From Amoebophrya sp. A120 (lineage: Eukaryota > Protista > Dinoflagellata), in assembly GCA_905178155.1 (NCBI GenBank), contig CAJINV010000018.1:68479-132478 (forward strand): DNA of 64,000 bases. Reading direction: 5' to 3'. The notes beneath the pieces were generated by a model that ran no database searches, was not told the origin of the DNA, and saw only the letters and a list, made by a program, of their open reading frames with translations. A program made the translations under genes and the position numbers. Below, in pieces: positions 37,467 to 50,500 of the stretch. How positions within the stretch are numbered: position 1 is the first letter of the stretch; the number at the start of each line of letters is the position of its first letter.

Positions 37467-40402
37467 TCAGACATTAGTGCAATCCATAAACTCATCAAAC
37501 GGGCAAACATGGCGTAGGGTTGAGATTTCCCGCAAATACGCTTCCAAGGTCTCGTCGCTAGCGGCCTCGTTCCCGTACAGCGAGAGATTCTTCAGGCTGA
37601 ATCGTTTCCCCTTGTCACCGTATGCAAAGGAAAAAAAAGCTGTGGACTGGGCCAAGCGAAGCGATCTCGTTTTGGGTCCTTCGTCGAAGACAAAGAGTGT
37701 GGCACTAAATAATCAAGCTCATTCTTACCGTACAAAGAAAGTTGCGCACTTGCAAAAACTAGAGGAGTGAAAAAAGACTGGCAGTTTGCTCGATAAGGAA
37801 TCTGGCATGCAAGTAAGTGGCCAAAATCGCCACAGTCTCCACAGTTGCGGGCTGTTTTTTGTTCTTGATAAGGAGGCAATCGCATCGAGCAGAGCCATGG
37901 TAGTCGTTTCTGGAAGTTCGTTTTCCGTCAAATGCAGAGACTCCAGCTTTGGCAGCCTAGTCGAACGTCCAAACGTTTCACAAGCCATCCTGAGCGCGTC
38001 GGATATTTCGCCTTTTGGAAAGCTACCACTATTCCGCACGGCCTTGTTCAAATTCAAGTATTTCAAGGTCGACGACAGCTCTGCCTCTATATTACTGATC
38101 CCCACCAGCAGACGGGCAAATTCGACAGGCGAAAACCACTCAACCTTACCTGTAGTTGTTTTCGTGTGTTTTTCATGTTTAAAAGCGCCCACACGTAGCC
38201 AGCTTTTTCTCATGCGACTGCGAAGATCATTGTACCCAATACAGAAATCTGCCAACATCATGCTCTTTGCTATGACTTTTCTAGGCAACACAAGCTGCAT
38301 TTACTCGTTCGAAAGATCCGCAAGTGTGCGCGCTGGTCTGACGTGAGGAAACGGATCATCGCGGTTGTGGCAGCCGCAAGACCGCCCTCCTCCTTCTCAT
38401 CTTCGATCCAATCTTGCTCGAGATCCTGGTGGATATTCACCACTTCCAACAATTATGCGAGGGAAAAAATGCGGCGCTAGAGCAGTCCTGCAAAGATAAA
38501 AACAGCCTCTATACACGCAGCTTTGAATTCTATCGGCCGTCAGCACTACGGCTGCAGTAGTGCTGACCAAGCGGCGAAACTTTTTTTGTGGTCCTCTCAC
38601 GCTCCTGGATCGCTGTCATCTTCAAGATTCAATTACCAGTAATCAGAAATAATTTTTCCAACGGCTCGCGATGCTGCTTCGAATTCCATGCAAGTACAGC
38701 TGCAGGGGTGTAAGTGCAATATACAAATTTCAGTATCGAGCCCAGCAATCGCATCCCGTGGATACTTTGGCGCCTCCAGCCAAAGTGTTCCCGAAGAGTG
38801 TCGTAATCACCGTGGGCGACCACCCGTCCAGGCCACAGTCTTCGAGTTCGAACCGCATCAGGTTGGAGTTTTCGTGGAGCTTCCAGGATTGGAAAAACAG
38901 TTTCCACAGGCTGGTGGGCATTACAACTTCTTGCAGTCTGACTTCCAGTAATGAGTCCGCCGCTGTCAAGGCTTGTGCGAAATTTCCGAGTGTCTTTGCG
39001 AGGGAGGCGTGTGTACCGTCCGATTCAGTCATATCCTGAGAAAAAGCATCTTGCTTCAGATCTGTGTATACAGAGTACTTCTTGGCCATGTCTCATGATG
39101 GTTGATTGCAGTACGAGATACGCATATTACCGGCACCAAACTGTGATGCAAAACTGTGACATGATGCTTTTTCACCAGGATAAGAATCGGGCAAACGCAG
39201 GTCGTCGCCAAGGTTGATATGAAGCTTCAGGTATGAGAAGGAAAAATCCTACCCACAGCGGGGTCGGAAGACTTCACTGGAAAGCGGAGTTTTTCACGAA
39301 CAGAAAATACTTGCGTTGCAGAAAGGTGACATTCGTCCTGTGGTGCAAGAATAAGGTTCTAGACCGTGGCCGCACAACATGCTTACAACACTGTAGATTT
39401 GGTCATGCCAATCAGAACGGGATTCGTCCCTTCACACATGCCATCACCCGCTCGGTGAATCATGCGTACTGCAGGTAAGCTTTGGGTAAGTTTTTTCCCG
39501 ACATACGGACAGCTTGTTTTCTTGCAGCATTAGTGTGGCGACTTGTATTCGTTGTTCGAAGCAGGCAAGTGGATCCTCCTGTACTGTTTGCTGTAGCTTC
39601 AGCACCGCTGGAAGCCTCGCGGTGCTACCGTCCCGGGCTTGCTCGAACGCGTCAGTTTTGAATTCGCGGTCCACCTTCAAGACCACGTTGGAGTCCAGGG
39701 CGTGCACGTAGGCCTGCCATTGCTCCACCGTCCCTTCGAGGCCGGGAGGGCTGGTGAGGTCCTCTGTGCTTGCCGCAGTCACCGCACCCGTAGCGACGGC
39801 ACCTGATATTAAGCAGGATTTGCATGATTGTGGAACTTGCACTCTCGGACGGAGATCATACAAAAAAATGGAGATGCCCAATGAGGCACTGCAATTCTCA
39901 GCTTTGCCGTGCTTCAGTACAATTGGTGTCCTGAATTCAATTTCCCGTCTTTACAACTACCCAAATGCTGTTCATCTGGTTCCTGGCCTCATGACAGCAA
40001 AAAAAATGTACCCGGAGTTGGCATCGCCACAGAGCCTTGCGAACAGGCTGGACACACTGCTGCTGCCAAATATCCGCCCCCGAAAACAACGGAAAGCAAA
40101 TAGAGGTTATCAAATGCAAAAATGTCTGGGTCTGGAAGAATGCAAGTTTGTCATGCTTGTCTGGCATGACTCGAGAGTCTGTGTTGCACGGCACGAAAAG
40201 GCCCTCTTACCTGTCATGCAAAAACGCAGTTTGCCATGCGAAATACGTAAGACATGGGAGCCAAAAAATATGTCATGCATAGCTGCGCATTGCAGTGCGT
40301 CTACCATTCACTTTTAGCATTACAAGTGTCCAGACCCAGACATATTTCCAATCCATACAGTTCGAAGATCAGCGATTTCGCAGTGCCGAGAAACGTCGAC
40401 AT
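37467..40402 (-). CDS. multi-exon LRR (RNI-like) protein with a possible signal peptide
   Basis: After introner removal exon 1 reads MSTFLGTAKSLIFELYLLSVVFGGGYLAAAV (hydrophobic). Later exons carry LRR-like segments LLEVRLQEV, NLMRFELEDCGL, LPKLESLHLTENEL and SLKNLSLYGN. Exon chain is not fully resolved. Confidence 0.55.
40108..40357. mobile_element. introner, family A (250 bp)
   Basis: TIR tatcaaatgcaaaaatgtctgggtctgga / tccagacccagacatatttccaatccata; DR gaggt/cagtt (3/5). Confidence 0.85.
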
Positions 40403-41840
40403 TTTCTCAGGCGAGGGGCATTTCGCAATAGATTTCGCGATGTTGGACTTTCGATTCGTATACAGAAAAAAAGTAAAAGTCCAACCGTGGAGGTAGGGTG
40501 TAGGAAACGGAGAAGTAGGTAGTGTGGCGTTGCTGGAAATAAATTGTTAGTGTCTACTAGTACTACGAGAAGAGAAATTTAAAAATCAAAATTACGGTGA
40601 GGCTTGTGGAAGTGTGAAGAAGGGTTGTTTCTCCTGAATAAAATATATTACTGGTCGACACAGAAACATTCTTGAATGATCAGAAATACATACGAATGGC
40701 TTTACCACCGGAGGAACGCTTGCTCGTGATCTTAACCATTCCTTGAAAATTTTGCTTGTTGAGAATTGCGGTAGATCCTGCTGCTCCTCTCTTTGTCCTC
40801 CGGTATAAATTTGTAATGGACACAGGGCAGGAGCACAACACACACTTCTTGGAAGCAGTCTGAGAGAGAGCGGATCTTTCCATGGGGTGGAGGGATCCTG
40901 TTTTCCCCCAGCCAGAAGACCAGATGCAACAGCTTTCAGCCTGGGACCTAAAGTTCAACATTCTCATTTAATGATCAAAGTTTCGTAGCATCTACCGTCT
41001 AGGTGGAGATCCGGTTTGAACAGAAGTATTTGCCTACTCAAAGTGACACGCACTTGGAAACATAACACTTGTCCGCTTCAATAACTTAGTTCATTGCAGC
41101 CCATCGCTGTGTTATTGTCACGTCTTTCATCTCAATCTCTGTGCTTGATAAAAACAGCCAAAATTTGCGTCCGGTGGACATCCACACGGGACAGAGGTAC
41201 ACATTACGATATGAGATTTTGTCTTGAAATGGAAACGCTTATCTTCCTACGTGCCGTCACAGGTAGAAGATGTTTCTGTGAGTTGTGCCGTTGTACATAA
41301 ACAATTTGATATTGATAGTTTTCTGTCGTACATAGAAAAACACAGATTGAAATTAGGTCATTAGATGTTCGATGAAATAACGCAGTCAAATATTCTTGAA
41401 CGTCAGCAAAGAACAGGTTCCGCAGAGCAAACTTTGTTCTGTCGGAGTAACGTTAATTTGCTGGAGCGACCGCAGGCGGGAAAAGTAGAAAAAAGTCTAC
41501 TTTGGGTCGGGCTTTGCGCTGTGAGTCCCGCGCTTCGCTTGTTCAGCGATGCGGCCAAAGAACAACAAAAAATGCTTGTCGATACAGAAGTTCGACGCCA
41601 TTTTCCGCCATCCTAAAAAGTAGCTGTGGCAAATGAAAAAGTAAACACTCAGTCAGTGCTCTCCACGAGGAGATCGGAGCAGGAGTGTGTGGGTTCATCA
41701 GTACGCGGCACTGAAGCGTAAGGTTTTCGCTCTTCTGGTTCTGGTACTGCATCATTTTCGCGACATGAAACAGCCTCGTTCCTAGAAAGCGAACTGCTTG
41801 TAACTGTCAATTACGGACAAATACTTGCATTGCGGTCTAC

Positions 41841-42341
41841 TCACGTGTTGCGCTTCTTTCCAAATTCTACAAACGTCTCCGTCGTGCCCTTGTTCTGGCG
41901 TTGTTGCAGGGGGTACCTATTATGGGGCGTGTACGTTTCCGGTACGCCTGTGATTAGGGTTTCCCTTCCGCCGCTAGGATTGGAAAATTTATTCCATTGA
42001 TTCATACTATCCCAGATGATTCCCATAGCCTGCGTTTGCCGATTGCGCGCCCTCTCCGCTGGGGTAATCGGGTTAGCATCTGTGGGCTGGCGACGGTGGC
42101 CCCACAGGTGGTTCACATTCAATATGTTGCTCCGGACCTTGCCGATTTCGCCGGTTTGCAAGGCGGCCATACGGCGGTTGTCTAGCGTGATCATTCGGCC
42201 CTCGTTCCTGTCGGGGAGGCCTGCTTGGGTAGCGTGCTGTGCGTAATTTCTCAGCTTCTTCTTGCCTGACTTTGAAGTCATCGGTGAAAATACCGTTTGC
42301 TGGTGCGTATGACAGGAAAGCCTGGCACCCACCTCCCGCAC
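41841..42341 (-). CDS. orphan ORF / exon
   Basis: Open frame with protein-like composition; no domain recognised. Confidence 0.45.
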   Translation of the reverse strand: MREVGARLSCHTHQQTVFSPMTSKSGKKKLRNYAQHATQAGLPDRNEGRMITLDNRRMAALQTGEIGKVRSNILNVNHLWGHRRQPTDANPITPAERARNRQTQAMGIIWDSMNQWNKFSNPSGGRETLITGVPETYTPHNRYPLQQRQNKGTTETFVEFGKKRNT

Positions 42342-42413
42342 TGCTGCATTTGCTATGCAAATTTTGTTCGGCTTTTGTTTTCTGGTATGCGTGCTTGCGT
42401 GGGCTTGTAAATA

Positions 42414-42956
42414 TCAACGACCTCTAGTACACATGCGTTCGCACTGACTTACGAAAGTGAATCTATATCTTCCAACTACATGCCCAGAACACTTCCTTGC
42501 ATACTTAATAGCTGGCGCGCCTCCCATGACACAGTTATCCATTTCAACCAGGGCGGGAAGTGAGTGGAAATAATGATCCTCGGGATAATTTCCCATGTTG
42601 ATGTTCGCCGGCTGTGCTCCAGAAGTTTGTAAAACGCCTCGCTCGAACAACGACGGCGCATTAGCTGGATCGCTGTCCGCGTCGGTCAAGCCGTAGGCGT
42701 TCCAAGTCGGATTCGCAACCTGGGTTCCGTCTTCTGTTGTCAACGTCGAAGCGAGCGGGGCTCCACCCGAGGTCGTCGGTGTGTATTGCACGTGTGGGAT
42801 CGTGTCGATGTGCATTAGCTCATTGACTTTATTATCGTCCGCCGCAAACTCCACGGCACTGCTTTGGACCGCTATTCTTTTAGAAAACTTCCCCGGCTCA
42901 TGTCCGACATCCGTTGCGTGGCTGACGCTGACCTGGGGCGCGCAGGCGCCTCTCAT
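42414..42956 (-). CDS. orphan ORF / exon
   Basis: 180-aa open frame with protein-like composition. Confidence 0.5.
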   Translation of the reverse strand: MRGACAPQVSVSHATDVGHEPGKFSKRIAVQSSAVEFAADDNKVNELMHIDTIPHVQYTPTTSGGAPLASTLTTEDGTQVANPTWNAYGLTDADSDPANAPSLFERGVLQTSGAQPANINMGNYPEDHYFHSLPALVEMDNCVMGGAPAIKYARKCSGHVVGRYRFTFVSQCERMCTRGR

Positions 42957-43595
42957 ATATCGACATGTCTCCTCACGACAGGGGGCTTCGAATAAATAAT
43001 ATTTGTGAGTGCGTATTTTTCAGGACTGCGAAATGTTTGGGAGGATGCGCGGGCTCGCAAGACCATGAGCCACGTGTCCACGTAAGTATACGGTGACGGC
43101 CTCAGGTTTCTTATGGCAAATCAACACCCGCTGTGGACTTGCAAAAGATAAAGACATGCTCAATTATAAAGCCCTTGTCCTATATATGGCAGGAAGTTTT
43201 CACACAAGTTAGCCGTGTTCACTTGGTCACTAAATACGAACGCCGCGGTGTTTTGAGAAACGCGAACGCCTTGCACAGGGATTTTGGTAGGGTTGAAGAC
43301 GCAGCCATCATATGCCGGGGCGGTGTAGTCCAGTTTATCGTTTCCGCGAAGACTTCCGAAATACTATGCTGTGCTAAGAGATACCCGCCCCATGATCACA
43401 AAGTAGATAACCTGCATCACAAATGATACTTCAAAGCGGCACAAAGGAACGAAGGTGCTCAGGGCGGTGGAGGGTTTCTTCAGGCGCTTGGAAGGCGATC
43501 CTTTTGTTTCACGCGTGAGTAAATACAACATCAACCGTTCTTGTGCCTTACGACAAAAATGATTTCTGATATAAAAGCGATGTACTATTTTGTGT

Positions 43596-43928
43596 CTAAT
43601 TAATATACTGGAACGGGGACGGGCATGGTGCTTTTCCACAGGATACGTAGTCGCCCTTGGCGCGCCTCTGCTCCCGCAGCAGTTTTGTCGCCATGTCTAC
43701 AGCCGCTTTACCCTCTTCGGTTTGTTGCTGCGTTTCGATATAATTGCGCGCCCTTTGTTGGCTCTCCTTCGGCCCAGGCTTGAGGTTCTCGTCCTTTTCG
43801 TGAATATCGTACCATATGTCAACTTCTTTCTCGAGTTCGTCCCGGTCCACGCCGGCCCTCTGCGCCAAATCGTTCAACTCCGCGTCGTAGTGCTGGATCC
43901 GCTGTTCCCGCTCTTGGTCCGAGACCAT
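43596..43928 (-). CDS. orphan helical ORF / exon
   Basis: 110-aa charged, helical-looking ORF. Confidence 0.5.
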   Translation of the reverse strand: MVSDQEREQRIQHYDAELNDLAQRAGVDRDELEKEVDIWYDIHEKDENLKPGPKESQQRARNYIETQQQTEEGKAAVDMATKLLREQRRAKGDYVSCGKAPCPSPFQYIN

Positions 43929-44522
43929 CCACGCGCATGCAGAAAAGAATTTTCCTGCCGATGGCAGTGTCGCGTGGTGCTGTGACTCTTCTCATCCTTT
44001 ATTCAGCAGTGCCAGTACTATGGCGCTCACATGCATGGATATATAATCACATCGCAACTTTAGTGGTCATCAACAGACGCGAGCAGGTCGGTGTTTTCTG
44101 GCACGGAAAAGAGCTTCACCTACGTTTCTCTAGCTGTCAAATTTCATGCATCCTAGCAACCTTTCGCGGACGGCTCATCGAAGTATTGATTTCACGTGGT
44201 GATAACATGCTGCGTTGATCCGTTGTTTCTTCGGATTCAACCCACTTTGCACTTTCAGACGCGGTCCCTTCTTGCACCCGATCGTACCGGAAGTTGCCCT
44301 TAGGCTTTGCACTTTTATGAAAGGAAAAAAAATCATTTGCGTCAAGTGGTTTTATTTATGCAATTTTCAGAAAATTTCACGGAATAGCTTAAGTAGCTAG
44401 TTCGCGTAAGTCGAGCTACGTGTGACATCTTCCAACAAAATTGTCAGACATCCAGGTACGCAATCAATTGCAATGATCATTATATCCCCTGCGGTTGCGT
44501 GTGACGGACTTCACTTGACCCA

Positions 44523-45033
44523 TCATTGACTTTGCATAATTTTCGGGGTAATTCTGGATTTTTTGTTCCTTGAACAATTTTTCCAGTTGGTTCTTGTTTT
44601 CTTCGAAACCGAAACCCTTGCTGGCGGAGCTGTCGTCCCATTCTGGCTCGCGTTATGGAGTTGAAAAATCAAAGTGCATGCCGACTTGTCATATGTGCTA
44701 CTTATTGTAGGTCTGATTAAGATCTGCAGGAACAATCGAATACAGATGCAAGAAAAACATAGCGCCAGCTGCACATTTGGCTTTTTCACTGCATAAAGGC
44801 TTGCCGTTGGCGCGCGCTTCGTCTTTCAGTTTTTCTCTGTCCGCTAGTTGCTTTTGTTCACGTGCCGTCCTGGCTTTCTCGGCTTCGATCGGGAGATTTT
44901 CCGCTCGCGTTTGGGCTTTTGATTTCGAGTTATTATACGTTTCGGATTCTTCAGTCGGACCGTAGTTTTCCCGCAAACTATTGTCGCGGCCAGTTTCGTC
45001 TCGGAGTTCGGCCCCAGGATCACCATCATGATC
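44523..45033 (-). CDS. orphan coding segment (frame shift or small intron near 44700-44770)
   Basis: Charged ORF at 44698-44976 extends upstream to a ctcacag acceptor at ~45035. Confidence 0.4.
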
Positions 45034-46311
45034 ATCTGTGAGGAGATGTTTGGGACAGGAATTGTCTGGCTTTTCTCAGGTTAAATTTCTTTGAGTATTG
45101 ATTGCTTTGTATTCAGTCGCCAGTACCTACGTCAGTAACTGCAGAAACGAAACAACCAGCGGCTTTTGGAAAAACAAGCCCTTCGTTCACAACATGCATT
45201 GCCGAGGAAACAGCGATCTTTTATTTGTCCGATTGAATAAACTTTCCGCAGGGAGCGGAAACCACTACGCTATTCTCAATCTACAAAACCGATCTCTTTC
45301 CCTGCATCATTGTGTGTCCTGAAAAAAGCCAGACTTTTCAGCATCCGCACTGAAGGCCGTAGTGGTAGGTCGGGATCGCAGAAGCGCCTTTTACCCCTCC
45401 TTACATGTTGTACTTCGGACGACGGATCTTGAATGTTGACACGCGGCCGGCAAGTGTAATTTGGTTCATGCCAGCGCCCGAAAGCAAAATCTTTCGAATT
45501 CGTCACGTCTCCGATGTGGGATGCAAGAGGAACGTGAAGGCCTCACCAGGTAAAAAACTGATGCGGTCAGGCATGTTCGGGTTTCAGGTCTGGGTGGTCA
45601 GAGAATTCTGCAGGTACCCTCCGACGCTACCGGGCCGGTACGAGTTGCGGAAAAGTCCGGGCAGTGGAACACAATTTCGCAGAGTGTTTTTCACAATCCT
45701 CATAGACTGATTTCAGTGCGCACGACGAGGAAAGAAGCGACCGAGACTTTTTGTATATCGTGGAGACGCGACTAACACACTAGAAGAGGAAGAAACGCGA
45801 CGAACCACGAGACGAGGGACGAGAAAAAAATGACGACTCACCGAGGAAATATGACTGGTCTCAAATCAGGCTTCGATGGGACAAAGACAAATTAGAAATA
45901 GAAAGGCATTGTAGCAACTAGGTATAATAATGATGTTTCCTGGTGGAAAATGGAGGAATGTGTTTGCGCTTTGTCTTTGATAAGTAAAGGTAAAGAGGAT
46001 CTTCCAATTTCATCAAAATAAATACCAGCTGTGGCTGCCAATGTTGCTGCGGTGTCTGTCGTCTCGCCATCTTCTGCCGAGCCGACGGCCGTCGCTGGTC
46101 GTATGAAGGCAAAAATTTTAGTCAACGAAGATGTTGGTGTTTGGCATTTTCTTTTTCTTGATTCAGCATCACGACTTTTTCTTTTTGCTCTCCACGGCAT
46201 GACCACCTTCGTGCCTGACGACTGGGGGCAGTCGGAGGCACGGGTTGTGCTTCGCACTACAGCTGAAAACGTGCTGGTGGAACTGCTTGAATTTGTTGTA
46301 AAGATACACAC

Positions 46312-46584
46312 GAGGAAAAGTGTAGAACCTAGTACACTGTGATGCTGAATATGCACGACTACACGCCATAATTATAATTCGACAACTTGAAGACGGTCAT
46401 TGCGTCACATACATGGCTCGACATGCGTCGCTGCTGTGCTTGAAGTGCTTGGATCTCCTGTTACAACTCCTCCCGTGGCAGTTAAATCGGGTACAATCGT
46501 AGAATCCCCTACGCCCGGCACTCCCGTGCCCGCACCGCCAGGGGCTGACCCCAGCAACCTCGTCCCGCAGCAGTTGCAGGTCGC
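46312..46584 (-). repeat. diverged duplicate of the last codons and 3' flank of the giant gene (47437-47680)
   Basis: Encodes ATCNCCGTRLLG...HVEPCM* versus ATCNCCGTRLLG...LQPCM*. The downstream DNA (gaggaaaagtgtagaacct...gacaacttgaagacgg) is also shared. Confidence 0.85.
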
Positions 46585-47515
46585 CCGGAGACCATTCCAT
46601 ACTTCATCGGCCCGGAGACCATTCCATCGGTATCTCCTGCCCCGTGCTTCGCTTTGCGACTTTCCAGATGTACAAAGGTTACCCGAGGTCCTGGTGCAAG
46701 TACCACCTCTGCCAGCAAAAACAGCATTGCGTGACGGAGCCGGGGATTGCAGACGACCCGGATAATATTCGACAGTTCCCGGTAGGGTTTCTTACAGATC
46801 AGGTCCGTCACGCGAAGACCGCAGCACCCAGAGTCAGCTTTTGTTGAAAACATCCTTCAACGCAAACAGGCGTTAATGCGCCGCAACAGCAGCTCCACGT
46901 GGATGCTAAAGTAACACTGACTTCGATATAGGTACTTAATTTCCATCACCTTTTGAATGATGAAAGCACGCGGACCGAGCTCATCAATGAAGGGCACAAG
47001 CAAGATATCTTACCGACGTTTCAAAAACGGCTAAAACCAGCACGCAAAGAAAGAAAGCAAATTTACGCGAAGAAAGAATGCAAGCAAAGTTGATCTCAGA
47101 TCAGTTGATCTGCTACAGAGTTGGATTTTGATTGCTGCACGGCACTTCCGCGTGTACTTTTCTTCTGCAAGAGTAAGTTTGATTCAATTTGCAACTATAT
47201 CGAAATAGTCAAAATACCTGAAGCTCCTCCCGTTGCTGCGGTTGCTAAGGCTGCTGCAGTGTCCTCGTCTGACTTGGTCTCGTTCTCGTCTGTTTCTGAC
47301 GCTGATAGTATGCTGGCAAAATATAATCCAGTCTTCAACGAAGTCCACTGCTTTTATCCGAAAGACATCTTTGCTCCACAGATTTTCGCCCTATTGCAAA
47401 TCACTATTGCAAATCACAATTGCAAATCACAATGCAGAGGAAAAGTGTAGAACCTGTACGGTGATGCTGAATATGCACTACATGCCAATTCGACAACTTG
47501 AAGACGGACATTGCG

Positions 47516-50500
47516 TCACATACATGGTTGCAATGTTGGCGTCTGTGTGCCTGATGCGCTGGAGCCTCCCGTTAGAGCTCCTTCCGCAACCGGATTCTTA
47601 TTCTCGGCGGCCAACTCTCCTAAAGTCGCATCGGCCTTGGTTGCTCCCAACAACCTCGTCCCGCAGCAGTTGCAGGTCGCGCACTGGCTTGTGTACCTTT
47701 GTTTGAAGTCCGGGTTATTTCGGATGGAGTTCGCCACGTATTGGTTGAAATCGCCGGCGTTGTCGAGCTTGATTCCGCCCATGTTCTGCGCAAACTTCGG
47801 GTCCTTTTCCATCATTTGCTTCACGCACTGCAACGAGCTGTCGGCGTTGCATTGGCCCGGGGTGGCGCAGTGCAGGCCCGAGTCGTCCCGCTCCCAAATG
47901 GGATTGCCCTGTGCGTCCTCCCCGCGCTGGTTCACCTTGATCGCGTGGCCGTCCGGGTAGCCCGTGTTGGCGTCGCCGTCCATGACAAGCTCCGAGCCAT
48001 ACTCGGGGACGCCCGGCAGGTACCTTCTCCTCGCCGCGGGGATCACGTTCCCGGCTTCATCGCGCATCAAGTTTCCGCTCGCGTCGTACTGCGGCTTGGG
48101 GTCTGACCCGTACGGGTATCAACTGCAAATATGTCTGGGTCTGGAAGGGTGCAAACTTGTCACGCAGGTTTTCCATGACCCATGAGGTTTGGAATGCGGG
48201 ACCTATCATGACAGACTCTATGAGGTCTCTGTGATGCCTATCCTGCATGAGAAATCCCCTCCCAACTTGGTCGAAAGTGGACGGCTTTTGGCACTCATGC
48301 AACACAGATTTTTGCATGATTCCCATTTAGCATGACAAGTTGCAACTTTCCAGACCCAGACATATTTGCATTTGATAACGGGGGGTCGTACGCGAAATCT
48401 CGGTACGGAATCCCTTTGGTCTTGCACACCGCGGTCGCCACCGCGCCGTCGCGCTGCGGACCGCCGGTGGCCTTGCCCTGCGCGTACTTCTGGGCGTAGT
48501 TGTTGGCGTCATTATCCGGGAGAAACGCCCAGCCGCCCTTGTCGCTCTGCTGGACCACCTCGCCGGACATGTGCGCCTCCGCAGCGCCCAGTTTGGCGGT
48601 GCTGCCGTTTGGCATTTTGACATCCGTGTTCTTATCCAGGTCTTCCGGGTGCGTGTTGCGGACCTTCTCTTCGTTCTTCTGCTCTTCCTTTTCCGCCTCC
48701 TGCACGGCGTCCTTGTACGTCGACACAGTGTCGGAATCCGTCCGCTTCAGCGGCGGGGCGTCGTCGTCGGAAGTCGAACCGCTATTCGCAGCTCCCGCAG
48801 CGGCGGCTGCCGCTGCCGGCGCTTGTCCACTAGATGCAGCTCCTGTTGCCGGCTGTCCTACGGGTTGTTGAGCAGGAGCCGCTCCGCCTCCCGCCTGCTG
48901 CTGCAGGTCGTGGGCGCCACCTGCGGCTTGGCCGATCTGGTCCTGGCCGGAAACGTTGCTCGTGTCCATACCATCCAGCTGCATGTTGATCTGCGGCTCA
49001 CTGGTGTTCGCCTGGCCGGCCTGGTCTCCACCAGAGCTACTACTGCTACTGTCACCACCATTCGTATTAAGGCCCAACTGCTTTCCGACGCTGTCCAACT
49101 TCCTCGCCATGGCGACCGACGCCTGGCCGGCGGCCGACATATGGGCGATTTGCGGGCCGCTCATCCCGGTTGTCTGCAAAGCGCCACCTCCCCCGCCGCC
49201 CGCAGCGGCCTGGTCGATTTCGGCTTTTTGCATCGCCTCCATGTTTTTGTAGACCTGCTGCAAGTGGTTCTTCAGATTCTCCGTCGCGGACCGGTACCAG
49301 GCGTCCAGCGCTTTCTCGATGGTGGCTCGGGCCAAATGCTTGGTAATCGACTGCACCGCCGCGGACACGAACTCTTTCTCCATCATTTCTTTCAAAAAGT
49401 TCATAATTTCGTTGTCCAGCAGCTCCAACAACTCGTCCATTTTCGTGTCAATGACCTGCTTCCCGAGCCGCCCGTTCGGCTGTTCCAAAACGTTCAGAGG
49501 CTTCCCGTGGTACAGTTCCGACGCCCCGTGCTGGGTGATGATCTTTTCCAGCGCGAGCAAGCCGAGCAGTTTCTCCGAAAACGCCTTGCCGACCTTGCCC
49601 ATCTTGTCCCACTCGTGCATCATCGACAAAATTCGCAGCGGCGCCAGCTGCGCCCAACGCTCCATGTTTTGGCTGTTGAACACCGACTGCCGGTTGGTGC
49701 CGAGGTTGGATCCAAACATGTTCACGTCCGCCTTCTGCTGGGCGTTGGCGCCCGCCTGCATGGTCTGCTGGACCTGCATCTCCCGGATTTTCTTCGCGAA
49801 GTTGATGAAATCCGACATGGAGTCGTCCTCGTCGTAGCATTTGCGGATTTCCCCGATCTTCTCGCGGATCACCTCCTCGGATCGCATGTTGTCGGAGTAG
49901 TACTGGTATTGTGAGGAAAAATCCCCCCTCCCCATATCGAAAACGATATTTGTGTTCCTGTATTTGTGTACACTGTATTGCTAGAAGGCCAAGAGACGCA
50001 GTAGTTTCCCCCTGGTTTGCAGGCAATTTGTCATGCTGTTTCCCGTTTCCAGTTGCTTCCTGGCATGCTGAAGACGCAAGGCTTTCCTAGTACGCCAGCC
50101 AGCACTACAATCCGCATCTCTTCCCTTCTAGCATGACAACGTGATTTGTGATCACAAATCATGCTACACAAATCTCCCTTTGAGTATGGGGAGGGGGGAT
50201 TCTTTATTTTGATAACTGGAAGATCCGCATCATGGAATTCCGCAAACGCAGTTTGTTCTTTTGGTAGTCCCGGGACTTCAGGATCTTCTCGTGCAGCTTG
50301 GTCAGAATCTTTTTCATGATCGTCGACTCCATCAAGGTCTTGGTCAATTTCTCCTGGACGTTCTGCTTCACGCCCTGCGCCACGCCCATCAACAACTTTG
50401 ACGTGAACCGCTGCACCTGCGCCCCCACCTTCGCCGCAACCATTCCCGCCGGGCCACCGGCCGCACCCGCGGCTGCGCCCCCACCCGCTGCTGCACCACC

